A DNA stretch of 63,730 nucleotides, filler included, from Octopus bimaculoides (GCF_001194135.2; 4 parts of 4 records of this genome joined end to end with filler, not necessarily neighbours in it); one strand, 5' to 3'; shown: positions 36,758 to 51,062, numbered from the whole stretch's first letter. Program-made: numbers and translations. Notes: generated by a model not told the origin, from the sequence alone.

Positions 36758-37841
36758 ATACTATTGATGGTAAATTTGTCAGTAATCCAATATGTATATG
36801 TATCTATGTATGTGTCCGTTTGCGTGTGTCTTTGCGTTTGTGTTTGTCCGCCATCGCCGATTAACAACCGGTGCTAATGTGTTTACATCCCCGGAAATTA
36901 GCAAAAGGCACCGATAGTATAAGTCTCAGGCGTTAAAGAAAAAAACAACGTACTGCGATTCATTCGTTCGACTAAAATCCTTTAAATCGTGGCCATAACA
37001 CGGCAGCAGTCTATTGACTGAAGCAAGTAAAAGATAAAAATAATTCTTAGTGTACTACATTTTTTTCTTTTAACCGCACTGCATGCAAATTAGTTTTGAA
37101 TGATGCTAGAGGTATTTTTGAATTTGTCGGAGTAACACTTCCTCAGACTAACATTAATTTAGTTCTCGTTACATTGCATACTGAATATGTAGTTGTGGTG
37201 TTGATTGTTTATAGAGAAAGAACAATAATTCTAATAAAGATAATGATGAAAAATATTGAAAATAATAACATTAATAATAATAGAAAAAAATACGACCAAT
37301 AGTAGTGGTACATGAGTCATTGATAAGAAAGAAAATACTAATAAATCACTAATGTAAGTGGTGGCGTTACAGATACCTATCAGAAAACCTACCTACCGGG
37401 TGGTTTTATGCTTATTTGTTTGGTAGTTGCTAAATAGTAATTATGCATTTCATTGTAATCTTGTGCGTTACGTCTAATCTTCTTTTTTAATTCTATATTA
37501 GTCATATTTAACTTACTCAGTAAATACATTTTAGATAATAGCAAGCACTCAAAGATAACGCTGGAATTTATGAAAAAAATCTGGTAATATTTTGACTTGA
37601 TTTACCAACGTAAGGTTTTTTACTTTCTCGTAAATACATACATATATATGTATATATATANNNNNNNNNNNNNNNNNNNNNNNNNNNNNNNNNNNNNNNN
37701 NNNNNNNNNNNNNNNNNNNNNNNNNNNNNNNNNNNNNNNNNNNAATATATGGGAGAATGTACGAAAAAACAACAACAGACGAGGACAGGTGATGTAAACA
37801 ACAAAAGGATGTATTAGTTTAACGCTCGGGAATAGAGAAAG

Positions 37842-37878
37842 TCTTTAACGTTTCGAGCTACGCTCTTCAACAGAAAGA
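37842..37878 (-). ncRNA. Minimal type I hammerhead-like motif (non-canonical core) in PLE-like terminal repeat
   Basis: Minus strand: TCTTT-CTGTTGA-A-GAGC-GTA-GCTC-GAAA-CGTT-AAAGA; stems I and II pair perfectly; palindromic AACGTT stem III; core CUGUUGA instead of CUGANGA. Confidence 0.55.
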
Positions 37879-38689
37879 AATAAGGAGAAAAACAAGGAGA
37901 AAAAATATAAATGTGGTCGTCAGCGATCTATCATGGCGATATATAATATATGTGTACATATCAACAGATATTGTATACCTTGCAGATATTTAGGCAACAT
38001 TTATATTTCCTGAAAAAATATAAATAGAGACGTTACAAAAAATCAAAGTAATATAATTATGTCACAATGATTTAAAATTTCTTTTGTGACAGATTCGTGT
38101 TTTCAAATCTCTAATAACAAACGAAGCTCCAAAGCCATATTTTGATGAAAGAAAACTATATTATAATTGACTGCTATAAGAACTTTCTCGTCTGTGTAGA
38201 CCTAATTGCTTATTCCAGGGAAAGTTACATAATCTGAACTAACTAATAACCGGTTTTCTTTATTATAGTTGCGACAGTATCAGTGAAGGAGACACTTAGG
38301 CCACATTCAATCCTTTTTCTAACTCTCACTTTTCAGGATTTTATTCTTTCAATTACAAAATACAAGCTAATTTTCCAGCCCAAACTAACAAAATAACATG
38401 CATATTGAAGATATCAATATGCATATAGTTAATAATCCGTTCTACAGCATGTACAATGCCTAAAATGTTTGGTGAAAGGGGTCGGTGATAATATCGGTCC
38501 TCTGCTCAGCTGGTACTATTTTACCATCACCAAACTTTTGAAGGGCAAATCAATCTCAGTGGATTTCGGACTCAGATCGTAAATCCAGAAAAACCTCGAA
38601 GCATTTCATGCTTGCTAACGATCCTACCAGGGATAACTTTATAATGATAATGTTAATAATAATTTTATAATAATAATTTTAAAATAATA

Positions 38690-38720
38690 ATTAATAATAA
38701 TAATAATAATGATAATAATG

Positions 38721-38792
<72 letters not shown>
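38690..38792. repeat. (AAT)n microsatellite
   Basis: Direct inspection. Confidence 0.97.
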
Positions 38793-38794
<2 letters not shown>

Positions 38795-39892
38795 TTTTTA
38801 AAATAATTTATGTAACTTTCATGAAAGTAAATACATATAGCATCGCGTTCATCTAATTATGTAATATAAAGATAAGAAACAAAAATAAATAAAATTGAGA
38901 ATAAGAATTTAAAATATCTAATGAAAGCAATACCAACTATATATTCCACGCACAATGCCAAAATACACGACGTAATGCTAATCTGATTAAGCGTCGGTCT
39001 GATATATTCATTCTCACATACTGAGTAATTCTTCACTCGAAATCATTTACATGTAATGTGATTAGAAACGGAATGGAGCAGAAAGAACTGTAATGAATAG
39101 TGAAGTTGTGCTAAATTCATTCTCCATATTCTTCCTTAGCTTATATACTCATCTTTCAAATACCTATGTCCTGGATTTAACCAATGACGTACATGGAATT
39201 TCTGTACCAATGACCTAACGAAAATATTTTAACTCATATTATGACGTTGCACAAAACCGGGTATTCGTGTCAAGTGCTGCATTGGGAATACACCGTGTTT
39301 ATATGCAATATTACAATGTTGCAATGTGTGTGTGTATGTGTGTGTTTGTGTGTGTACGTGTGTGTGCGTGGGTAGTAAGCATTCTAAACACCTCAATTTC
39401 TAGTCTCATTTTACTCCCAATCTTTGAAAATAATATACATACGTAATATTTATTACAAAATTAATGGAATTAGGCTTGATACAAACCATCATTCACCAGG
39501 AGAAATATTAGTCTACTAATATTTGCAGTCCTATAGATCGAACCAGTAAGTACCAGTCGTATACTGGAGCGTTGATGCTACATCTCATCTCTATGAAATT
39601 CCTACATTCTCAATGGGAATTCGTTATTAGAATCGATATCAAAATATGCACAGCGAGTATGTATTTTCTAATAACGATTATTCACACAATATATTTGAAA
39701 TTCTTATTTGTACCAATATCTACTGTACATAAATTGAAATATGTAATTTATGTATTTTCCACATTTATTTAATCTTATACGGACGCAACTAGTTACGTTT
39801 GCATCTATGGTTGTACATTTGTATATAAATGTGTGTGTATTTGCATGCCTGTGTGTGCGTGCGTCCGTGCGTGTATGTATATTTGTGTGTGC

Positions 39893-39936
<44 letters not shown>

Positions 39937-42900
39937 ACCCACCTCACGTGTTTCATGTATAATCATGTTAGCATTAATAGAAGAAGCGCTTAATGTTTAA
40001 GACATATTTTTAATAGAATATGTTTGTATGCATGTGTTCGTATATACACGCATGTCCGTGTGTATGTGTGTCTGTAGACACGAGATTATAAACTGATATT
40101 AGGTGTTTAAAATAGAATAAAATAGAATAAAACTCAATGCTATTTCCAGTTAAAACACAGCACTTTTTACAGGTTTGTAACGAAATAACAAAAGGTTGCA
40201 GCACCTTCCAGCTCAACGTCTCTATCGCTCAAAGTTTAATTATAGTATTAACCTTGCCTGATTTTATTTATTGGAATAGCAGTTTAGCTATGAGACCTTT
40301 GCAAACATATTAAGAGCATCCGTTAATTCAATAATATTTCTTGCAGGTAAATATATAGATATTCTACTATGTAAATATCTACAGATATGAAATGTTCAAA
40401 TACTGAAACTGAAAATGTAATAATTGAATATTTGATCATTATAAAATAACTCTGTTGTCTGACGCCTGCCAAGTGTGCTTAGGGAATTTGTACTCTTCTT
40501 AATATAGACATTCATTTTCACTTTTATACTATGGCAGCGCGAAGTGTCATACACATACGTATACATAGTCACACACGAAAATATATATACACAGGAACAT
40601 GTGTGCATGTGAATCTGTGCGTGTGCATGCGAGTGTGCGTTGGATAGAGTGCCTCGTGGGATTTGTTTCGAACCTCTGCACACTTAGAGCACATCACGCC
40701 AAGCTCGACTATATCTTCTATTCTTCGCCTATCGATAAAAAAAAGAAACAAATAAATGCTATAAGTGAAAAAATTAGTTTGAACTAAATCATGCTTCAGA
40801 TTCATAATAATTTCTGTAACTTCCGAACTCATAGCACACAATAAATTTCTCACCCACATAGAAAACCAGATACTTAACTTGGATGTATATTATATAAAAA
40901 AAACTTTGCCGTAATATTTTTCATGATGAATGCACCCTTATAAAGAAAAGCAAGTGATTTTCATATGAATAGAAGTGATGCTGCACTGGCCCTTTGTACA
41001 TGTAAGTACTAATTACTGATCAGCGTACTAATACACACGCATACATNNNNNNNNNNNNNNNNNNNNNNNNNNNNNNNNNNNNNNNNNNNNNNNNNNNNNN
41101 NNNNNNNNNNNNNNNNNNNNNNNNNNNNNNNNNNNNNNNNNNNNNNNNNNNNNNNNNNNNNNNNNNNNNNNNNNNNNTATATATATATATATATATGGTT
41201 AGATGTATAAAGAATTATAAAAGGAGTGTAAAGCATTAAGGGAAAGCTTTCGGCAGAATCCTCAACTTGTGGCTTCTGGAAGTATTAAGTAAGAGTAAAG
41301 TCATGCCAATAATAAATGACAAACCGTTATGCAGGCACACACAAAAAAATACGTAAGTAATGCAAATCATTTTCGCATTGCAAAATCTATTTTCAATGAT
41401 GATAGTCTCCTAGTCTGTTCACTTCTAGGTAGTTTTAACAGCATCGAACAATATACTACTGTAAACTGAACAGTGAATTATATGAAATGACAATAATACG
41501 TATTGTGAAAATTTATCTCTGAAGATAATAACCGCAAGCAACAATCAATTGAATGTTCCTATAGCTAAAAGTAAAAAGATTTCAGTAGTGAGACTTATAT
41601 AAAAGTCGGTTAGCAAGAATTTTCTAGAGAAGCCTGCATGTAGGACGATTAATAAAGGAACTCATGATCGGTGAAGAAAGCAGGATAATTAAACCAAGAA
41701 AGGATTACTAATATTTAGTAAATAACTAGAGAAATTTAAACACGTACAGACAGAATATGATTATCGAACGTTGATTAACGGATATTGCAAACTGATTGTA
41801 TAATATATAACTGTTCTTCTTGGATAAATGGTAAAACAGTTTAACTAAGGTGTGTCAACAACAATATAAAGGCATTTTAAAATTAACATGAAACAAACTG
41901 ATTGATTTTAAAAAGATTAGGGCAGCTACGATTGAATTATATATATATAAGAAATACTTCAGATTCAGTTGAATTAGATGCTTGATTTCAAGCACCACGT
42001 CAGTCCGGTATTATCGGAATATCTTGAAGGTGAATAAAGTCAAAATAAGCAGCTGTACTACCGTTTCAAGCGGCTCTATTTAATTAAACAATACAATCAT
42101 TACATCAATTTAAATACAATGCCATCTTCGGCCGCACAAATAAATAAATAGAATTTTAACCAGTAGTACACATTAATATAATTTTTCTGAAATATTTTAG
42201 CAAAGCAAAAAGATGGAAGAAATTCATGTTGTAGCTATTGTAGCTAAGAAAAGACTACAATTCCAAGAATCGCATGAAGCCTATTGGGGTCATAGTGTTG
42301 TAAAGGATTGGAATTCATTTCTATTCCATTTATCTCTTTATCAACTACTAAATCTAAGACTAGAAACTGTGTCTATTTTGAATAAAGGCCATGATTGATT
42401 TGACAGCTCATGGCTAGGTATGGTCGTAAATATTATCATATGTATACCTTTTCCTTGGGGAGGAGAGAAGACATTAGGAGTAGTGAATTGGATATAAGTA
42501 ACTGTCTATAAACAGAGACTGGTTAGGGGAAGACTTTAAATCATGATCTTAATTACCAGTTAAAGGGGCAAGATGCTAAGAAACCTAAGATGTTAATATA
42601 GAGGAAATTTTATTTTGGGGCGCTATGGGTTATTGTTTATAAACAATATTGTTATGTTGTATAAAATTGAAAAATAAGATTTTTAAAAAGGATATCCTAA
42701 CCAAAATCTGTAAAATGTGTGTATATATCAATTATAAACATTGAAAAGGAAAGATTACAAAGAATCAGTTTAATATTCATTCATATACTTAATTAATTAT
42801 CGGGGGGTTTCTATAAAAGACTGCTCAGGGCATTTACTTATTGAATAACTGGAAAGATAAACATGCTATCTATTAATTTTATGTCATGAATCAGAAAAAA

Positions 42901-43639
42901 GTAAAGATGCATACGGTTACACATACATTCATATATGTGCATATATACACATACACAAATATTTATACGTTTGGATGGATATAGTATAACCGTCTCGTAT
43001 AGACTTAAGTAACTGAAAAATATCTATTTAAGAACAAGATCAGTAACGCTTTATAAGAGATAAGAGGTTAATAGGTAAGGATATCAACATACGGAAACAC
43101 AATAATAAGAATTTATAGAAAATAATAATACATACAACCTATATTTAAAGATTAAAATATTAAAATTTGAGGTAGGGAAGAGACAGAGATAACCCGAGCA
43201 GAGAGAAAATACGCATGGATGTAGTGAGGGCACTTCAAGGTATTCAGACCGAAGAGATTTTATAAGTTGTAATGATAGAGATGCTATTGCATGTATGATT
43301 TTATATTTTCTATTGGGTATATAATTTAGTTGAAAGGAGACTTACTAACATAAAGTCACTACAAATATACATCATATGACCAGTAGGGTAGAACATCATA
43401 GAGGATAGTATAATCACCAAAATAGGATGGAGTCAGACTAAATAGGCAGGGATAGTATTATATATAGCACACTACATACCATAACATATAGTTTATAACA
43501 TATGGAATGCAATTTAATTCACCATATAATATAATATCCCATGATTTTATTATATTTAATACTCGAGTGTAAGTGTGCAACTGATACGACTCCAAGATTA
43601 ATTTCTACCGTCAAATTTCAAGTATGGTACCTAAAATCC

Positions 43640-43955
43640 TTAGTTTCGAAAATACTTAAATGTACGGGTGACGTTATGCATGGATGATACCCTTAAGTCT
43701 AATCTATTATTAATCAGGTTGTTCTTGCCCCCATACTTAAAAATCTGACAAGTTTCCAAACAGTAAATTTCACACTGATATCGACTGTTTCTATATGGCT
43801 GCGCTCTCCGTATTATAGCCCATTTAAGGTAAAATTCGATCCCGCTATCCTTCAGTTCCCAAATCTTGCTAAATAAGGATGTACAATTGGCTTTATGTTT
43901 GAGTCAAAAAGATGAAAAATGGTTATTGATACGGTATTTCAATCGAAAATCCCAT
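43640..43955 (-). mobile_element. Penelope-like element GIY-YIG endonuclease C-terminal remnant
   Basis: RLKYRINNHFSSF*LKHKANCTSLFSKIWELKDSGIEFYLKWAIIRRAQPYRNSRYQCEIYCLETCQIFKYGGKNNLINNR matches the PLE pattern (F..RY.NH..SF..TSLSK.IW.LK..IKW.I..A.PY..C.LC..E..LLN.R). Confidence 0.85.
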
Positions 43956-44055
43956 NNNNNNNNNNNNNNNNNNNNNNNNNNNNNNNNNNNNNNNNNNNNT
44001 TAATTAATTAANNNNNNNNNNNNNNNNNNNNNNNNNNNNNNNNNNNNNNNNNNNN
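43956..44055. other. Artificial scaffold linker (44N-TTAATTAATTAA-44N)
   Basis: Identical to 19168-19267. Confidence 0.93.
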
Positions 44056-44157
44056 GACACAATGTTTATGTATATATATATATATATATATAGGCACATA
44101 TATGTATATACATGTGTCCGTGTGCAAGTGTTGAAGTATATACGGCACACATGGTAT

Positions 44158-44197
<40 letters not shown>

Positions 44198-44638
44198 ACA
44201 CACACACACACAAATACACACACTCACAAACACACACACACACACACACACACACAGAGCATAAACGCACATCTTCATATTCTGTTCATGGAACTTACTA
44301 TGTTGGCTAATATTCAGCAAGAAAATAGCAAAAAAAAGTAAATACAAACAGCAAAGCAAATAAGAAATACAACCAACAAACAGACGACAAAAAAAACACA
44401 GCAACAACAAAAACAGCAAAAAACAAACAAACAAACAAACAAGCAAAAAATGAAACCCAGAAGAAAGAACTCAGTAAAATTAATGTCTACTCAAATACTC
44501 TATGGCTTCTTCGCTAGTAAGATTTGTAATAGCGATATTAAAGCCAGCAGATTTATCAGACATAACACTTGTAAGGTCTGAGAATCCAGAGACAAAATAT
44601 AGAGGAAATTCACTCACAGTATTTTTCCCGATAAAAAG

Positions 44639-44670
<32 letters not shown>

Positions 44671-46484
44671 TACGCACACGCACACACACACATACTACGC
44701 ACACGCACACAAAACAAACAAACAAAAAGAAGCAACGAAACTAAAAACTGAAAAAATATAAAGTTAAGGAAGTAATAAAAGAACATGAAATAAAAAGAGG
44801 AAAAAACATGCGAAATAAACCAAACGAAGAAAATTTTTTTAGTTTGTTGGAAATCATAAGATTATTTCTGTTTTTGTCTATATGAATGTGTATAAAGATT
44901 TGTTTCTGTATGTTCGCATGGAAAAATATTTACAAACGCCTACATATATACATACATATATATACATAAAATTATATATACATATATGTCCATATATATA
45001 TATATANNNNNNNNNNNNNNNNNNNNNNNNNNNNNNNNNNNNNNNNNNNNNNNNNNNNNNNNNNNNNNNNNNNNNNNNNNNNNNNNNNNNNNNNNNNNNN
45101 NNNNNNNNNNNNNNNNNNNNNNNNNNNNNNNNNNNNNNNNNNNNNNNNNNNNNNNNNNNNNNNNNNNNNNNNNNNNNNNNNNNNNNNNNNNNNNNNNNNN
45201 NNNNNNNNNNNNNNNNNNNNNNNNNNNNNNNNNNNNNNNNNNNNNNNNNNNNNNNNNNNNNNNNNNNNNNNNNNNNNNNNNNNNNNNNNNNNNNNNNNNN
45301 NNNNNNNNNNNNNNNNNNNNNNNNNNNNNNNNNNNNNNNNNNNNNNNNNNNNNNNNNNNNNNNNNNNNNNNNNNNNNNNNNNNNNNNNNNNNNNNNNNNN
45401 NNNNNNNNNNNNNNNNNNNNNNNNNNNNNNNNNNNNNNNNNNNNNNNNNNNNNNNNNNNNNNNNNNNNNNNNNNNNNNNNNNNNNNNNNNNNNNNNNNNN
45501 NNNNNNNNNNNNNNNNNNNNNNNNNNNNNNNNNNNNNNNNNNNNNNNNNNNNNNNNNNNNNNNNNNNNNNNNNNNNNNNNNNNNNNNNNNNNNNNNNNNN
45601 NNNNNNNNNNNNNNNNNNNNNNNNNNNNNNNNNNNNNNNNNNNNNNNNNNNNNNNNNNNNNNNNNNNNNNNNNNNNNNNNNNNNNNNNNNNNNNNNNNNN
45701 NNNNNNNNNNNNNNNNNNNNNNNNNNNNNNNNNNNNNNNNNNNNNNNNNNNNNNNNNNNNNNNNNNNNNNNNNNNNNNNNNNNNNNNNNNNNNNNNNNNN
45801 NNNNNNNNNNNNNNNNNNNNNNNNNNNNNNNNAAAAAAAAAAAAAAAAAAAAAAAAAAAAGACATTTTCAATTTGTTTTGCAAAATCTTTTTATCTGAAA
45901 TCCTGTATCGATACAATATTGTTATATTTCGGAAAAGTTATAAGTAAAATAAAACCCGAATACACACTCAACGGTTATTGTTTGTCTATATTTTTCCTAC
46001 TTTTCAAAGCAGTTATACTTTGTCTATAGTCTCCCAAATATTTTCCCTTATATCAAACTGTATTCTTTTCAGTGGATACAAATTTTCAAATACCTTTTTT
46101 TTAAAAACTGATTTTATCGTTACCATATCCCTATAGTAAATGTAGAAGCTGATGGCATTAATGTTTAGCAGTTTATTTTCGCTTCCTTTTGTTGTCGCCA
46201 ACATAAGAACACGTACCTGTGTATGTTGTATGTGTGTAATGGTTGACCTTAGCTGTTTTAGATCTTATTACATCCTTACTCTTGTATTAAAGTTATAGTG
46301 GGTTATGGTTAATGGAGGTGTTGTTTCACTACTCGTTCGTTATGTTAATTCTCACTAGTCGTTCATTATGTTAAGTCTGTGTGCAGGATTTACTTTCTTT
46401 ATTTGTACAGCTTCTATAATCTGTTTTAATGTTAAGTCATTTAGATGTCTGGGAAAAATTTATTCTTCAACATTTTTTTCGAGC

Positions 46485-46646
46485 TATTGTATTTCTATAT
46501 AACACGTTGTTAGATTACAGATGTTTGTTTCTTTTCTTTATATTCTTACTCGTGGCCTGCAATCGTTTCACTCAAACTTCGAGCTGTTTCTCCTGTATCG
46601 TATTCCTACGTTGCGTATCTAAATATCTCTTAGGGTACACAGCGTT
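46485..46646 (-). mobile_element. Highly degenerate PLE GIY-YIG remnant
   Basis: Minus strand NAVY..YDTGETARSLSETIAGHE*EYKEKKQTSVI resembles VY..YIGET.RSL..RI.EH. Confidence 0.5.
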
Positions 46647-46819
46647 ACTAATATTGAAGTTCATTTTATTGTCGGTTGTGCAACCGAAACAAACCTATAT
46701 TCAGACAAATAGACAAAAAGAGATTTTACACTCCCAAGCGTTTGGTGTGTATGTAGATGGACGGTCCTTTATTACACATCTTTTCAGTAGAGTCTATAAA
46801 TCTACAATAGTTACATGTT

Positions 46820-46990
46820 TAGCATTTCTTCCCACGCATTACGTTTTGAGTTCAAATCCCGAGTATGTCGACTTTGTCTTTCGTCGCTTCACGTTCGATA
46901 AAATTGAAGTACCAGTCATGTACTGCGTTCGACGTACTCGACTTGCTCTCTCCTCTCAAAATTACTGGTCATATATCTATAAATTCGAAA
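46820..46990 (+). mobile_element. SINE family B, diverged
   Basis: TTTGAGTTCAAATCCCGAGTATGTCGACTTTGTCTTTCGTCGCTTCACGTTCGATAAAATTGAAGTACCAG. Confidence 0.7.
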
Positions 46991-47269
46991 CAATGTTTGA
47001 TAATAGTAAAATGTTTCAATAACGTAGTGACCTCAACTAATATTAGAAATACGCGGAATTTTACTTCAACCATTACTTCCTTCAAAACTTATTATGAACA
47101 CCCGAGACTATAAGAAATACTTTTAAAAGTTCAGTGAAAAAATAGGAAAAAAAATCTCCTGTAATGTGTTGCTGAGTTTAGTCACCAGGGAAATTTAATG
47201 TTAGAAACATCTAAATATTTGTTTCAAATTTTGACACAAGACAAGCAATTTCAATGAAAGAAAAAGAGA

Positions 47270-47460
47270 GAGAAATGGCGGGGTAAGTCAATTACATCAA
47301 CCTCAGTATTTCACTGGAATTTTATTTTATCGACTTGGAAAAGATGAAAAGTAAACTTGACTTCGGCAGGATTTGAGCTCAAAACATAAAGAATCAGAAG
47401 AAATTCCGCTTGGCATTTTGTCTAATGCCTCTGACGATTCCTCTAGCGCGCTGCCACCGA
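47270..47460 (-). mobile_element. SINE family B
   Basis: Reverse complement of Nin-like domain. Confidence 0.7.
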
Positions 47461-47788
47461 AATATCTAAATATTTGGAGACGTGCTAAGGTCTTGAATAA
47501 ATGGACTAACAGTTTAGAGATGATTGGCGTAAGAGAAAAGCTGGTTATATGAGACTTTGGAAACAAAGGATGTAAAAGTCTTCGAAGAATAACGAAGCTG
47601 TTTAAGGGACGAATCAAATAGGGACCTTGGACGTAGTCACTTCATATGCTAAAAATAACAGTCAAATCTTAATTGAATTGTCTAATGCACTGTCTTTAAA
47701 GAAAAGGCTCTTTAGATAAAGTGTTTCTAAATACCTTGTGTCTGAAAAAAAAAAAGACAGCTATATCAGGGCTGGCCAGGAGTTAAGC

Positions 47789-47822
<34 letters not shown>

Positions 47823-48572
47823 TTATTAGCAACAACTACAACCATAAAATTGACACTATTAATAACAACAGCAACAAAAATATCACCAGCAGCAACAATC
47901 AGAAACATAAAGTCTAGACAATTATATCATGGTAGACAATTCACAAATTAGATTATTGCCAGCTGAATGGAAATTCTATTAGATATATAAATTAATAAAC
48001 GATGTAATGATAGGCAATCGTTTAACTTCTATAGCAACCTTATTAGAAGGAAAAGAATGAGTAGTAACATACGATGTTCGGAGAAATAGAAACATACATT
48101 ATTTAGATGCTTTTAATCGGTAATATCCCCGAAAAATAGAAAATATAAAGCGACTGTACATCTAGAAGCAGACAGGGCAGTGAAAGAACTGGGGAAGATG
48201 GGGAGAACCTCTTTTCTTTTTATAAAGACATTGATGACTTCGACTGTTGCTACTCAACCAGGATGGTTGAGATGTATGCCAGTCTGAATATAATATGAAT
48301 GTCAATGTTTGTAGAAAAAGAGTGAACGAAGAAAAAAAAAAAAAAAAAACCTANNNNNNNNNNCCTCATCTCGACACATGCAATTGAGTAAATGTCACGA
48401 AAAGCATTCAAGGAACTGATGGAGGCAGTGATCAACCTGGTGGTATTTTAAGCCCCCCATACCTGTAAAAAAAAAAACAAAAAAAAACAAAGGAGAAACT
48501 CCTTGTTTCATGAGGAGCAGAAATTAAGACACCGGAACTACTTCACTGTTGTCTGTCTACTATTTACTTAAT

Positions 48573-48828
48573 GGAGACGCGTGGCTTGGTGGATAGAGTA
48601 TTGGATTCATGATCGTAAGTTTGTGGTTTCGATTCCTGGACCGGGAGACGCATCGTGTTCTTAACCAAAGCACTTCATTTTCCGTTGCCCCAGGCCTCTC
48701 AGATAACGAAAATGAGTAATCCTGTGACGGACCGGCGTTCCGTGCAGGTGCGGAATATATACGCCATGAAACCGGGTAGCCGGCCCTGATGAGTCAGCAT
48801 GACTCGAGAAGATAACTTTACTTACTTT
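48573..48828 (+). mobile_element. SINE family C, full length, CpG-rich
   Basis: GGAGACGCGTGGCTTGGTGG..GGTTTCGATTCCTGG..GACGGACCGGCGTTCCGTGCAGG..GACTCGAGAAGATAACTTTACTT. Confidence 0.85.
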
Positions 48829-48992
48829 TCATTTCACATTTCGACAGCGTAAATTTGGTTCTCTTTATTAGGGCTCAATCTAATAAGTACCAGTTATATA
48901 CTGGACCCAGTTTTTGTATCTAGCCCAAACGTATCGGCTCTGTACCATTATAGAAGTTATAGGAACAGCGGTTTGGAATATTTTGCGTATAA

Positions 48993-49253
48993 AAGGCGGC
49001 GAGCTGGCAGAAACGTTACCACGCCGGGCGAAATGCTTAGCGGTATTTCGTCTGCCGCTACGTTCTGAGTTCAAATTCCGCCGAGGTCGACTTTGCCTTT
49101 CATCTTTTCGGGGTCGATTAAATAAGTACCAGTTACGCACTGGGGTCGATATAATCGGCCTAATCCGTTTGTCTGTCCTTGTTTGTCCCCTCTGTGTGTA
49201 GCCCCTTGTGGGCAGTAAAGAAATAAGAAACGTTAGCATTCCGGGCGAAATGC
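48993..49253 (+). mobile_element. SINE family B, full length, plus start of a second unit
   Basis: AAGGCGGCGAGCTGGCAGAAACG..GAGTTCAAATTCCGCCGAGGTCGACTTTGCCTTTCATC..GGGGTCGATTAAATAAGTACCAG (recalled Nin/Deu domain). Confidence 0.88.
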
Positions 49254-49374
49254 NNNNNNNNNNAAATTAAGTAGCAGTTGCGTACTAGGGTCGATCTATT
49301 CGATTGCCCCACCACCTTCCCCAACATTTCGAGCCTTGTGCCTAGAGTAGAAAAGATTATTTTATGTATTTCAG

Positions 49375-49560
49375 AAGGCGGCGTGCTGGCAAAAACGTTA
49401 GTACGCCGGACAAACAGCTTAGCGGTATTTCACTCGTCGCTATATTCTGAGTTCAAATTCCGCCGAGGTCGACTTTTTCTTTCGTTCTTTCGGGGTCAAT
49501 AGATTATGTACCAGTGAAACCGCAGCAAAATTTCAGGCCTTATGTCTTTAGTAGAAACGA
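49375..49560 (+). mobile_element. SINE family B
   Basis: Same head and Nin-like domain. Confidence 0.82.
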
Positions 49561-49759
49561 TTATTTTATGTATTTCAGTTATTGGACTGCGGTCATGCTG
49601 GGGCACCGAATTAAAGTTTTTTCGTTAGTCCATCATATTGATCGCTATAAGCAGTAATACCGAACTCGAAACATCATGGTTCTGAAGAGAACTGTGTAAC
49701 CACAAAGCCATGCAATGAGATCATTCCCGTCAAATATATACCACATTAGGAATAGGCAT

Positions 49760-49930
49760 GTCTTTGGGGAGGGGGCCAGTCGATTACATCCACTCCAGTA
49801 GGCAACTCATACTCAATTTATCGACCCTGAATGGATGAAAGGCAAAGTCGGAATTTGAAGTCAGAACGTAAAGACAGATGAATTGCCGCTAAGCATTTCG
49901 CCCGGTGTGCTAACGTTTCTGCCAGCTTGC
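49760..49930 (-). mobile_element. SINE family B
   Basis: Reverse complement match. Confidence 0.8.
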
Positions 49931-50098
49931 TTTGTAAACACGTGGTTTCGGGATCAATCCCACTGTGCAACACCTTGAGCAAGTGTCTTCTACTATAGCC
50001 CAGGCCCACCCAATGCACCGTGAGTCATTTTTGTCAACGAAAACCGTGAGGAACTCATCGAAAATACAATACACACACATATACATACATATACATAC

Positions 50099-50129
<31 letters not shown>

Positions 50130-50187
50130 CATGCATACCTATATCTATGTGTGTGTGTCTTTGTGCCAGTGTTTATANNNNNNNNNN

Positions 50188-50225
<38 letters not shown>

Positions 50226-50479
50226 CATGCATACCTATATCTATGTGTGTGTGTCTTTGTGCCAGTGTTTATATTCCCTACAGTTCGACAAGCGCAGTTG
50301 GTTTGTTTATATCCCCGCAACCTACTTGTTCAGCAAAAGAGACCGATTGAATAAGTATCAGGCTTTAAAAATAAAGACAGGGGTCGATCTATTTGACTAA
50401 AACCCCCCAAAGCAATGCTCCAGCATGGCTGCAGTACAGTGACTGAAACAAGTAAAAGATAAAAGATTATTACAAAGTA

Positions 50480-50700
50480 TACGAAGGGGGGCTGCAAATT
50501 TCATGGTTTTAGGAAAAAGAAAATGCAGGAGGATCAGTTAATTATGGTTTTATTCAACATATTCTCCTCTTAGATTCACACACTTATTGCAGTAGTCCTT
50601 CAGTTTTTCTAAGACCTGTAAAAGAACTAGGAAAGTCGGACCTCCAGCCAGGACTTTCACAATACCCTTGATGCCAGGAACTTTTCAGCACCCCCTCGTA
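50480..50700. mobile_element. Mariner-type MITE
   Basis: TACGAAGGGGGGCTG..CCAGGAACTTTTCAGCACCCCCTCGTA, with TA at both ends. Confidence 0.85.
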
Positions 50701-50864
50701 CGTTTTGCTTTTCTTCATTTCTGCTTACCACATCCTCTCGAAATACTTATATTTATTCTTCAATCTATTTATTTTCTACTCAATGATACAGAATACAATT
50801 AATCAATGGCTGTTGATATTCCTATTAGGGAAGGAAGTTTTTATTCTTCTTATAATAGAGGTGG

Positions 50865-51062
50865 AAAAGGTGGAAAGTTGGTAGAATCGTTCCCTCGTCG
50901 AATAAAAAGCTTAGGATTCTAAGTTCAAATTCGGCCGAAGCTGACTTTGCCTTTCATCCTTTCGGGGTCGATAAAATAAAAAACCAGTTGAGCACAGGGA
51001 TCAATGTAATCGACTAACATTCTCCCAATAAGATCGCTGTCCTTGTGGAAAAAATTGAAACC
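50865..51062 (+). mobile_element. SINE family B, diverged
   Basis: AAGTTCAAATTCGGCCGAAGCTGACTTTGCCTTTCATCCTTTCGGGGTCGATAAAATAA. Confidence 0.78.

Noticed and set aside
40640-40740. Minus-strand acceptor followed by RRIEDIVELGVMCSKCAEVRNK (CxxC)
   Set aside because: No good donor; the frame runs into a microsatellite; no homology recognised
46429-47022. 197-aa gap-free plus-strand ORF, the longest clean ORF
   Set aside because: It is the antisense of a PLE GIY-YIG remnant plus a family B SINE; F/L/I-rich composition reflects T-richness
50090-50280. Direct ~65-bp duplication flanking a 10-N gap
   Set aside because: Typical overlapping-contig artefact around a placeholder gap
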